A stretch of DNA of 33,752 bases, taken from assembly GCF_006345805.1 (NCBI RefSeq), contig NW_021831929.1, positions 1-33,752 on the forward strand, given 5' to 3'. A program made the translations under genes and the position numbers. Below the pieces are notes generated by a model, which was not told where the DNA came from, did no database searches, and worked only from the letters and a program-made list of their open reading frames with translations. Positions 11,905-22,164 of this stretch are shown in pieces. The stretch comes from Octopus sinensis. Lineage: Eukaryota. The stretch's first letter is position 1, and every line of letters begins with the position of its first letter.

Positions 11905-12205
11905 TTCTCTTTTTTCTTCTTCTTATTCTTCTTCTTCTTCTTCTTCTTCTTCTTCTTCTTCTTCTTCTTCTTCTTCTTCTTCTTCTTCTTCTTCTTCTTC
12001 TTCTTCTTCTTCTTCTTCTTCTTCTTCTTCTTCTTCTTCTTCTTCTTCTTCTTCATCATCATCATCATCATCATTATCATCATCATCATCGTCACCATCA
12101 TCACCATCATCATCATCTTCTTCTTCTCCTTCTCCTTCTTCTTCTTCATCATCATCATCATCATCATCATCGTCATCTTCTTCTTCTTCTTCTTCTTCTT
12201 CTCCA
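11905..12205. repeat. (TTC)n/(CAT)n compound trinucleotide microsatellite in the PLE-B 3' UTR
   Basis: Roughly 40 uninterrupted TTC units followed by CAT and TTC blocks. Confidence 0.95.
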
Positions 12206-12543
12206 CCTACCTCTTAACTTTATCACTAATGCTTTTTAGTATAACACCTACGCAAATTCCATAAACAAACCTTTCAATAGAAATATTCTCCTGAATTGAA
12301 CTGCAACTGCTAGCTGCCACTGACCATTCAAAATACGACCATCAAGGCACTTCCAAATTTTTCCACCTCCTCTCCTCATCAACCTTCTTCTACCCTACCA
12401 AGAATTCTCAACGGCCTCGAACACAGAAGTGCAAACAAGGGAGACAGAGAAAGGCAGAATGCCACTTATATTTGAACACTATACAAATAATCCTTTAAAA
12501 AACTTTTCTTTTAATTTTTCTAAATTTAATTATTTAATCGTTA

Positions 12544-12581
12544 CAGTTGAAAAGTTCTCAAAACGACCGAAACCGGTACTG
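12544..12581 (+). ncRNA. Minimal hammerhead ribozyme, U3-A8 variant (HHR3)
   Basis: CAG-TTGAAAA-GTTC-tcaaaac-GACC-GAAAC-CG-GTA-CTG, with palindromic ACCGGT. Stem II has one mismatch, but the sister copy has a perfect GGTC/GACC. Confidence 0.7.
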
Positions 12582-12691
12582 AAATGTTCTTTATAAAATT
12601 ATTTTAGCATTTTCTATTTTCACTTGTTTTTTCATATATATATGTATATATATTATATATATATATGTGTATATATATGTATATATGTATA

Positions 12692-12737
<46 letters not shown>

Positions 12738-12769
12738 ATGTATATATATACATATATATATATATGTAT

Positions 12770-12935
12770 AAATCCTTAAATCCATAAAAATATTTTAACC
12801 CGAAGGCCGCGGCCATGCTGGGGCACCACCACTGAATGAGCGACACTAATTTGTGAATCCACCTCTGATACGTGGCACTTGATCAACAAGGGAGTTCGAT
12901 GCTGCTGCCCGCATCTGTGTCGTGAGGTAGGTTCA
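12770..12935 (-). mobile_element. CR1/L2-group LINE subfamily 2, ~165-bp 3' fragment
   Basis: Near-identical to 16543-16715, including the 3' hairpin and the AAGGATTT-type tail. Confidence 0.85.
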
Positions 12936-13270
12936 GTTTTATCTTCCAGATAATAATCAAACATTATTTCCCTAACCTCCAAGTTTAGTTCCCTAAGTGT
13001 ATTAAAAGGTACAATTTTATATTTCTTTGTAATTTCCTTATGCAGAAATTCATGGTATGTAAGGATGTCAATATTATAAATGTTACTGGTTTTATCAGAA
13101 TGGGTTAAAATACCATTCTTACCCTTAAGAGTTCTTATTAGATCCTTTAACTTTCTTTGGTACAGATCATTCCTCAATGGGTGATTTTTAAATTTGATAT
13201 ATTTGATGGTGTCCCATAATTCCTGTTCGAAGTTGTCCAGATGTTTATTTGGTGGAGGAGATTTCCTAGA
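12936..13270 (-). pseudogene. PLE RT N-terminal fragment of a different PLE lineage
   Basis: SRKSPPPNKHLDNFEQELWDTIKYIKF...YQRKLKDLIRTL...ILTHSDKTSNIY...FLHKEITKKYK resembles the PLE RT region with the ADKTxNxY signature. Confidence 0.6.
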
Positions 13271-13336
13271 TTATATATATATATATATATATATAACAAA
13301 GTGGAGTTGTGGGGTACCGCACGAGTGGAATTATAT

Positions 13337-13575
13337 ACGAAAGAAGGTTTGAAAATGCAATTTAAAAGATGTTTATTTACTTTACCGGTTTCACTTTTTG
13401 GAAAAAGATTGTCAAAAGTAACATGTGGAAGTTTGGTTGCGTTAATTATTGGTTGTTGCAAATTGCTACATTACATATATATATACAGTCTTTGGTAACA
13501 GGGACATGTTAAGGACATAAAAAAGTTCAACATAAATAAACATCTTTTAAATTGCATTTTCAAACCTTCTTTCGT
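13337..13575. repeat. Perfect 43-bp inverted repeat pair
   Basis: 13337-13379 (ACGAAAGAAGG...GTTTATTTA) is the exact reverse complement of 13533-13575. Confidence 0.9.
13377..13421 (-). ncRNA. Minimal hammerhead ribozyme, U3-A8 variant (HHR4)
   Basis: Minus strand reads TTACTT-TTGACAA-T-CTTTTT-cc-AAAAAG-T-GAAAC-CG-GTA-AAGTAA. Stem I is a perfect 6 bp; ACCGGT palindrome; U-U at the base of stem II. Confidence 0.75.
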
Positions 13576-13579
13576 GTAT

Positions 13580-13623
<44 letters not shown>

Positions 13624-14904
13624 CGAGGGGCGTTCAATAAGTAATGCCCCTGATCAACTTGTAGTTGTTTGATCTAGCTGCAATTTTGCATGTGAAATTA
13701 CTTATATCTCTATAGATTAAGAAGAAAATTACAGCTCTGAACTAATTGTGGTTTCTGATTTACAGGTGTTTGAACTGAGTCAAGTGTGAAATGGAGTCTG
13801 TTGAATGTCGAGCAGTGATCCGGTTTTTGTATTTGAAAGGACGCACACCACGGGAGATTTTTGATGAAATGAAAGTAACTTATTGTGATAATGCCCCATC
13901 ATATGACCTTGTAAAACGCTGGCATCATGAATTCAAACATGGACGGAACTCTGTGGAAACAGCTCCCAGATCTGGTCGCCCTCTTCTGCCATTGATGAGG
14001 CATCTGTCCGTCAAGTTGAGGTTGCCATTTTAGAAGATCAACGCATAACTATTCGCCAAATAGCCCATGAGGTCAAGATTAGTACCGGGTCTGTGGAAAC
14101 TATCATTCATGACCATTTGCATATGCAAAAGGTGTCTGCCAGATGGATTCCCAGGCTGCTCACATCTTTCCAGAAGCAAGAATGAGTCGAGTGCTCGAGG
14201 ATGAATTTGGAGATGTGCCAAGAAGATGAGTCAAAATTTTTCAAAAGACTGATTACACAGGATGAAACCTGGGTCCATCACTATGATCCAGAGACCAAAG
14301 CCCAGTCAATGTAGTGGAAGCACCGTGACTCCCCTCCTCTAAAGAAGGCAAGGGTGCAGCCCTCCTCTGGCAAGGTCATGCTCACAGTCTTCTGGGACCA
14401 GGACGGAGTAGTGATGACAGATTTCCTGGCAAAGGGTGCCACAATTACAGGAGCCTATTATGCTTCACTTTTGAGGAAATTAAGAGAAGCTATCAAAATC
14501 AGGAGGCGGGGTAAGATCAGCAAAGGCATCCTCCTCCTGCAGGACAACGCTCTGGTCCACAACTCGCGTGTCGCCAGATCAGAAGCACAGGCGTGCGGCT
14601 ATGAACTCATCCCCCATCTCCTGACCTGCACCCTCTGATTTTCACCTCTTTCCAGCCATGAAGTTGTTTTTGAAAGGAAAGCGTTTCCCAGATGATGCAG
14701 CCTTGATTTCTGAAGTCACGTCGTGGCTGGAAGACCAAGCTGGTGTCTTCTACAGAAACGGTCTTCAGAGCTGCATCAAACGATGGGAGAAATGCGTAAC
14801 TCTGGGTGGTTCCTATGTAGAAAAAGACTAATAACTGTGCCAAGTTTCGTTGCTCTACTGCTATGGGAAGTGGGTCAGGGGCATTACTTATTGAACGCCC
14901 CTCG
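13624..14904 (+). mobile_element. Mariner (Tc1/mariner DD34D) DNA transposon, full length 1281 bp, irritans-like TIR
   Basis: Perfect 30-bp TIRs CGAGGGGCGTTCAATAAGTAATGCCCCTGA (13624-13653 and 14875-14904), with TA duplicated at 13622-13623 and 14905-14906. Confidence 0.95.
13791..14831 (+). pseudogene. Mariner transposase, inactivated
   Basis: HTH N-terminus (RAVIRFL...APSY..VKRW..EFK.GR.S...PRSGRP), WIPRLL, ITQDETWVHHYDPE, LLQDNA and a degenerate SPDLAPSDFHLF. It has a frameshift near 13985, in-frame TGA/TAG and a small deletion near 14615. Confidence 0.92.
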
Positions 14905-14909
14905 TATAT

Positions 14910-15243
14910 AACACAACACATATATATATATATATATTATATACATATATATATATAAATATATATATATATACATATATATACATATATATATGTACAT
15001 ATATGCATATATATGTATATATATACATATATATATATACATATATGTATATATATGTATATATATATATATGTATATATATATGTATATATATATATTA
15101 TATATATATATATATTATATAATATGTATATATATATATATGTATATATATGTATATATACATATATGTATATATATATATATGTGTATATATATATATG
15201 TATATATGTATATATATATATGTATATATATATATGTGTATAT
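14910..15243. repeat. (TA)n microsatellite
   Basis: Direct reading. Confidence 0.95.
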
Positions 15244-15381
15244 ATATAGAAAATAGCAAAGAGTGAAAAAACTACAGAAGGCTTAAATGTTAAAATATAT
15301 ATATATTTGCGTCAATATGTCTGAAGAATATTAGAAAATTAAAAAAAAAAATTTTTTTTCTCTTATAATGACATAATTTAA

Positions 15382-15420
15382 AAGAAAGACCGGTTTCGCG
15401 TGTAGCTTTTCAAATTTCTT
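15382..15420 (-). ncRNA. Minimal hammerhead ribozyme, U3-A8 variant (HHR5)
   Basis: Minus strand reads AAGAAA-T-TTGAAAA-GC-tacac-GC-GAAAC-CG-GTC-TTTCTT. Stem I is 6 bp with one extra U, stem II is 2 bp; ACCGGT palindrome; GUC cleavage site. Confidence 0.65.
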
Positions 15421-16299
15421 GCGACGTTATGTTTATGTTGAATAGAGTTATCGTTATGTTTATGTTCAGGAGAGTTCTAAATAAGGGGAGGTAGTGAGTG
15501 ATTTCTTCCGGTGTAAGGGAGATAATCGCTTAAAATTTTTTCCTTTCCCTTGTGTGAATTTCTCTGTATCAGTATGTTCGGATGGTTGAGTCTGGGCTTG
15601 TACTTTCAATGAAGAATGTTTCCTTGTTTAGTCTAATTTGTGTTGATGATCCGAAAGCACATTGGAAAAATGGAAAGATTAAAAATTGTGGTAGTAGTTG
15701 CTTTGCTCATTTCTCAATGTGCTCACTAAAAGGTATCATTCTATATTCTGGGAATGCAATCTGTTGTCGATGCAGTGTGCATCTACGTCTGAGTGATAGT
15801 CCCGTGGCACCTCACAAAGGCAAAATTGTCTTCTGAAATTACGGATGCAAAAGTAAAAAAATGTGGTAGATCGAACTGTGCAACATATCCTAACCTGCTA
15901 GAAGGATCAGAATTCCTCTTTAAAGAGGGACAGAAATTCAAGATCAAATCTAACTTTACTTGTGCCTCTGAAAACATAATTTATGTCATAAAATGCTCGG
16001 GCTGCCACCAAGACTACGTGGGATCCACGGGACTATCACTCAGACGTAGATGCACACTGCTTTCGGATCATCAACACAAATTAGACTAAACAAGGAAACA
16101 TTCTTCGTTGAAAAGTACAAGCCCAGACTCAACCATCCGAACATACTGATACAGAGAAATTCACACCAAGGGAAATGAAAAAAATTTTAAGCGATTATCT
16201 CCCTTACACCGGAAGAAATCACTCACTACCTCCCCTTATTTAGAACTCTCCTGAACATAAACATAACGATAACTCTATTCAACATAAACATAACGTCGC

Positions 16300-16338
16300 A
16301 AGAAATTTGAAAAGCTACACGCGAAACCTGTCTTTCTT
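16300..16338 (+). ncRNA. Minimal hammerhead ribozyme, U3-A8 variant (HHR6)
   Basis: Same as HHR5, but with GAAAC-CT-GTC, which breaks the palindrome by one substitution. Confidence 0.55.
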
Positions 16339-16618
16339 TTAAATTATGTAATTATAAGAGAAAAAATTTTTTTTTTTATTTTCTTATATTCTTCAGACAT
16401 ATTGACGCAAATATATATATTTCTTAACATTTAAGCCTTCTGTAGTTTTTTCACTCTTTACTATTTTCTATATATTCACCCACATGCTTTCACAAACCAA
16501 CTTTCTCATAATATATATATATGTATATATATATATGTGTATAAATCCTTAAATCCTTTAAAATGTTTTATCCCGAAGGCCGCGGCCATGCTGGGGCACC
16601 ACCGCTGAATGAGCTACA

Positions 16619-18559
16619 CTAATTTGTGAATCCACCTCTGATACGTGGCACTTGATCAACAAGGGAGTTCGATGCTGCTGCCCGCATCTGTGTCTCCTGT
16701 CGTGAGGTAGGTTCATCTGGGACTCCCGACAAGAAGAGATCCAGTTTAGTTTTAAAGAAACCCACATCCACACCATATAAGTCTCTCAGGCATTTAGAGA
16801 GGATGTTAAAGAGCTGTGGTCCTCTGAAACCCAAGCTGTTGCCGTATCTGTACCTGTATTTTGATAGTGATGTTGGAATCCTTGGCAACATGCAGTGGCG
16901 CCCCGTTCTGTGGTTGGGGTAACTTTGAATGCCAAAGTTTGGGACAAGGCCCTCCAGGATTTTCCAGATGTATATCACCGCATATCTCTCCCGCCTCCAC
17001 TCTAGGGAGAAGAGGTTTAATACCTTCAGTCTTTCCCAGTAGCTGATATTTTGCATTGAGACGATTTTCTTTGTGTAGCTTCTCTGAATTGCTTCGAGTT
17101 CTGCTGTTAGTTTTATATTGAGTGGTGACCAGAGTTGGGAGCAGTAGTCCAAGCGCCTGAGGACGAATGTTCTCCATAGGACCATCAGTGTCTCCTTCTC
17201 TCTTGTTCTGAAAGTCCGGAGAATCCATCCAGCTAGCCGTCTGCATTTTATCACCAGATTAGCAATATGCACTTGGAAAGATACATCATTGCTCATGTCA
17301 ATGCCCAGGTCACGCACTGATTTTGACTCAGGGATTGCAATTCTTCCTGGGCCAGTGTATCCAGTCTGCACGTCGTTTACATTTGTGTGCCAGTAGCGCA
17401 GGGCCTGGAATTTACCTGCATTAAACTGCATGTTGTTGTCCTCAGCCCACGTGTATATTGTGTCCAACTCCTGTTGCAGATGCGCAATATTTTCAGGGTT
17501 TTGTATTGCGTGGGAGACTTTTGTGTCATCTGCATAGCTAGCAAGGGTGGTCATCGTAGCAACTGAAGGCATGTCTGAAAGGGCCACTATGAACATCAGT
17601 GGCCCCAAGACAGTGACATGTGGGACACCGCTTGCTATTTGTGTTTCCTTGGAGGTGGCTCCATTGCTCACAACTGCCTGTTTTCTGTCTTTTAGGAAGT
17701 TGTGCAGCCACTCTCCAAGTTTTCCGCCTATGCCGAGACCACGCAGTTTGTGACAGATCATACCATGGTCGACATTATCAAAGGCTTTTGCAAAGTCGAG
17801 ATATATTACATCCACATTTGAGCCATTTAGTAGCTGTTTCAACACCCAGTCATAGTGTTGCAGGAGCTGTGTTAGGCAGCTTCTACCTGGTCGAAATCCA
17901 TGCTGGGTGTCAGATAGCAAGTCATTTTCTTCAAGGAACATGATTAGTTTCTTACTTCGTTCCATGACTTTGCTGATGTGTGAGGTCAGAGAGATAGGCC
18001 TATAATTTTTAGCATCTGCTCTGCTACCTCCCTTATGGATAAAGCATATTACCCCCTCTTTCAATTTGACTGGGAGCTTACCACTTGCAAGAAAGCTCTG
18101 AAAAAGAAGCTGTAGCGGTTTTGCAAGGGCCCGTTTGCACGATTTGAGAAGGATCGCTGGGAATCCACCAGGTCCAGCAGCTGAGTTTGTGTCAATCTCA
18201 TCTATGGCTAGTGTGATATCATCATCTTCGATGTTGATGTACTCAATTTTTGCCTCTTTGGCCGCAGGTAAAGTGGCAAAGAATTCTTCTGGGTTGTTTA
18301 CTTGCCTGTGTCCTAGAGGTGTAGTGAACACACTTTGGAATTGTTCGTTCAGTATTTCACTTATCCACGTGGGATTTCCTGTGAGAGAGCCATCTTTTTG
18401 GAAGAGAGGTCCTATTCTCTGGTGCATTGTGGCTGTCTCTTTGGCAAACTTAAAGAAAGCTTTAAGGTTTGATTTTATATTTTCTATTACCCAAGCTTCT
18501 TTATCTGCTCTCTCCTTTTCATGGGACTGATGCAGACTTTTCTCAGTTTCCATTAGCAT
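16619..18559 (-). CDS. LINE ORF2 reverse transcriptase region (646 aa open frame)
   Basis: NYRPISLTSHISKVMER, QHGFRPGRSCLTQLL, YLDFAKAFD, YADD, LDYCSQLWSP. The motif VPQGTVLGP is mutated to VPHVTVLGP. Confidence 0.85.
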   Translation of the reverse strand: MLMETEKSLHQSHEKERADKEAWVIENIKSNLKAFFKFAKETATMHQRIGPLFQKDGSLTGNPTWISEILNEQFQSVFTTPLGHRQVNNPEEFFATLPAAKEAKIEYINIEDDDITLAIDEIDTNSAAGPGGFPAILLKSCKRALAKPLQLLFQSFLASGKLPVKLKEGVICFIHKGGSRADAKNYRPISLTSHISKVMERSKKLIMFLEENDLLSDTQHGFRPGRSCLTQLLQHYDWVLKQLLNGSNVDVIYLDFAKAFDNVDHGMICHKLRGLGIGGKLGEWLHNFLKDRKQAVVSNGATSKETQIASGVPHVTVLGPLMFIVALSDMPSVATMTTLASYADDTKVSHAIQNPENIAHLQQELDTIYTWAEDNNMQFNAGKFQALRYWHTNVNDVQTGYTGPGRIAIPESKSVRDLGIDMSNDVSFQVHIANLVIKCRRLAGWILRTFRTREKETLMVLWRTFVLRRLDYCSQLWSPLNIKLTAELEAIQRSYTKKIVSMQNISYWERLKVLNLFSLEWRRERYAVIYIWKILEGLVPNFGIQSYPNHRTGRHCMLPRIPTSLSKYRYRYGNSLGFRGPQLFNILSKCLRDLYGVDVGFFKTKLDLFLSGVPDEPTSRQETQMRAAASNSLVDQVPRIRGGFTN

Positions 18560-18628
18560 TCTCTCGAGCCGAGACTTCTCACCACTTTTGGTGTGCTTGC
18601 TCAGGCGGTTCGCAATCCTTGTCCGTCG

Positions 18629-19126
18629 TCACATAAGAATCTTCCTTTCTCTAGGGATCCTGTTTTTGTTTTTGTGTGTGCTGGCCCTGCACACTGGGAC
18701 ATATTTGTCACATATGACTTGTATTATGGACATGAAGTGTTTGTGTTTCATGTTAATGTCCGGTGTGGAGAGACATTTAGGCCAATCCTGTTTGAGGATC
18801 TCTTTCTCAATCAACTTCCAGTTTGTTTTATGAAAGTTTAAGTTGGAGAGATGGTGGATGCTTCGTATAGGCTGTGTGTCTACGGGGGCTTTTGTTCCAT
18901 ACATAGACAGCTCTATTATGTTGTGATCCGAGATACTTCTCAGCATCACATTAACATTATGGGTAATATCCATATTGTTTGTGAAGCAGAGATCCAGTAT
19001 ATTATCTGCCTTGTTGGTTGCAGAACTATTTGCTCCATCAAAGAGGCATTTGTGAGATGGAGCAGGGACTCTGCCTGTGCCTTCTGATGGTGTGTCATCC
19101 CTGGGAGTATCTGCCCCCCAGGCCAT
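18629..19126 (-). pseudogene. LINE apurinic-endonuclease-like domain, C-terminal part
   Basis: NILDLCFTN...SISDHNII is the APE C-terminal SDH motif. It is out of frame with the RT ORF. Confidence 0.8.
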
Positions 19127-19142
19127 TCCACATTGGGGAGGG

Positions 19143-19175
<33 letters not shown>

Positions 19176-19329
19176 ATGTTTATATATATATATGTTTATA
19201 TATATATATGTATATATATATATATGTATATATATGTATATATATATACACATATATATAATATGTATATATATATATATATAATATATACATATATATA
19301 CATATGTAATATATATATATATATATGTC

Positions 19330-19364
<35 letters not shown>

Positions 19365-19366
<2 letters not shown>

Positions 19367-20557
19367 GTTAATAAAATAGAACATATGCATATATATAAAC
19401 ATATATGTACGTACCTACCTCTACATGTACATATACACGCATATATGTGTACAGGACACCAAAAAGACGTCGAACACATAGAGAGACGAAAAACATAGAC
19501 ACAAACCAAGGAACAAGACAAGCAAAAAAAAGTGGACGACGAGAGAGAAAAAATGTCGACCAGTAGCCTTAGAAGGCGGGCGAGAAAAGACAGGATAGCA
19601 GTTACGACGGAAGTATCGTCGCAGATGGACGACGGGAATGGGGGAGGAGGAGCAAGAGGAGAGAGAGAAGAGGGGAATGGTGCGAGGAGACCATGAAGAA
19701 TGTGAAAGGGAGAGAGAATTGAAGAATGAGGAGAAGAAGAGACAAGTTAAGTGAGGGAAAAAAGACGAAAAAGGGATGGGAGAGAAAAAGAAAATGCAGA
19801 GTCGCGTGAGAGTTAATATCAAGGCTAACTGATAAACAGAACAATCTTACTTAATAGGGTGCGCGCGTTTAGTCGTATAATATGTTAATAAAATAGAACA
19901 TATGCATATATATAAACATATATGTACGTACCTACCTCTACATGTACATATACACGCATATATGTGTACAGGACACCAAAAAACGGTCGAACACATAGAG
20001 AGACGAAAAACATAGACACAAACCAAGGAACAAGACAAGCAAAAAAAGATACAGGACAATAAGCACAACGAAAAATCCCCTTCTTCAGTCGCTAAGGTTT
20101 CATCTACTAAACGTTTCGAAGGATAAAGCGAGACGTATACTTCGAAGAAAACTTCCTTCCTGCGAAAAGCAATCAATTAAAATTCTGAGATCTTTTCGCA
20201 GAGGGGTAAAAAAAGCAAGACGGTAACGACAGTACAAACATATAAACAGTAAAATATATATATAACAGTGGAAAAATAAATATATAACAGTGAGAGACAG
20301 GACAAGGAGAACAAGATAAGAAGGCTGTTAACGCCAGACGAAAAAAGTATTGCAAACGCTGGATTATAGTGGACGACGAGAGAGAAAAAATGTCGACCAG
20401 TAGCCTTAAAGGCGGGCGAGAAAAGACAGGATAGCAGTTACGACGAAGTATCGTCGCAGATGGACGACGGAATGGGGGAGGAGGAGCAAGAGGAAGAGAG
20501 AGAAGAAGGGGAATGGTGCGAGGAGACCATGAAGAATTGTGAAAGGGAGAGAGAGAA
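19365..20557 (-). mobile_element. Element E, head-to-tail tandem of two partial units (inverted relative to copy 1)
   Basis: Units start at 19365 and 19882. The left unit lacks ~320 bp (junction ~19531) that is present at ~20048-20367. Confidence 0.7.
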
Positions 20558-20667
20558 TATATATACATATATATACATATGTATATATATATATATATAT
20601 ATGTTTATATATACATATTATATATATGTATCCATATAATAATAAATATGTATATATATACATAATA

Positions 20668-20707
<40 letters not shown>

Positions 20708-21074
20708 TATATATATATGTATATATATATAAGATACATATATATATATACTACATATATAATATATATATATACATACATATAATATATTATATATATA
20801 AATACATGTATATATATATATACATATATATATACTTAAGTATACATACATATATATATATATACACCACACACCATATAATATATATACATATATATAT
20901 ACATATATATATATATAAATATATATACATATATACATATATATATATAAATAAATATACATATATATACATATATATATTATATATAATACATACATTA
21001 TATGTAATATATATATTGTATATATATATGTATATATATATATATTATATAATATATATATACATATAAGATAT

Positions 21075-21119
<45 letters not shown>

Positions 21120-21345
21120 AATGAGGTAATCAGATCAGATGGTTCATATTTGTAGATATTTTATATGGGGAGGTATATATATATATATGTTATATATATA
21201 TATATATGTTATATATATATATGTTTTATATAATATATGTATATATATATATATATGTAATATATGTTATATATATATATAGACACCATATATATATATA
21301 TTATAGATACATATATATACATTGTATATATATAATATATATGTC

Positions 21346-21379
<34 letters not shown>

Positions 21380-21896
21380 CATATATAACATATGTTATAT
21401 ATATATATATCTATATGTTTATATATATATATACTATATATATATATATGTATCCATTATATAAATATGTATATATATATACATATATATATATGTATAT
21501 ATATATATTGCATATATATATATATACATATATATATATGTTATATATATATATACACATATATATATACATACAAATATATATATATATATATATAATA
21601 TACATATATATATATACATATAAATACATGTTATATATATATATATACATATATATATATACATAAGTATCCATACATATATATATATACCACACACACG
21701 TATATATATATATATATACATATTATATACATATATATATATATAAATATATACATTATACATATATATATATACATATATATATATATAAATATATATA
21801 CATATATATACATATATATATATATACATATATATATACTACATATATTATGTATATATATATATATGTAATATTATATATGTATATATCTATATG

Positions 21897-21947
<51 letters not shown>

Positions 21948-22030
21948 ATAATATTAGAAAAAATGAGGTAATCAGATCAGATGGTTCATATTTGTAGATA
22001 TTTATTTATATATTACATTTTTTACATATA
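20558..22030. repeat. Large imperfect (TA)n array with two identical 51-bp islands
   Basis: TA/TACA/TATG repeats; identical islands at 21111-21161 and 21953-22003. Confidence 0.95.
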
Positions 22031-22164
22031 TATCATATCATATCATTCGGATTAGCGCTTGCTCCCATTCTAGTGGGCTTTTCAAATCAAATCAGTTGTG
22101 GGGAGTTTGAACATTTTTTAGTTTCGTAGTAGTGGGTAAGGAGGAAGTGAGACAGAGAAAAAGT

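Larger units (their letters stand above)
10441..12635 (+). mobile_element. Penelope-like element PLE-B copy 1, 5'-truncated
   Basis: RT and GIY-YIG motifs, a microsatellite-containing 3' UTR and a hammerhead motif near the 3' end. A sister copy lies at 26715-28765. Confidence 0.9.
15243..16474. mobile_element. Penelope-like element PLE-C: 5'-truncated GIY-YIG end plus an inverted copy of its 3' end (foldback)
   Basis: 15243-15807 is the reverse complement of 16025-16474. The plus strand 15808-16090 encodes KKCGRSNC...ENIIYVIKCSGCHQDYVGSTG; the left arm encodes ...HRQQI..P.YR.IPFSEHIE.C...FIEKYKP.LN on minus. Confidence 0.9.
16543..19135 (-). mobile_element. CR1/L2-group LINE subfamily 2, truncated within the endonuclease
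   Basis: APE C-terminal motifs, an uninterrupted RT ORF, a 3' hairpin at 16582-16605 and an AAGGATTT-type tail. Confidence 0.92.

Noticed and set aside
16806-18530. Overlapping and antisense ORFs within the LINE (e.g. 16806-17246, 18135-18530)
   Set aside because: Alternative-frame by-products of the RT coding sequence, with no recognisable domains.
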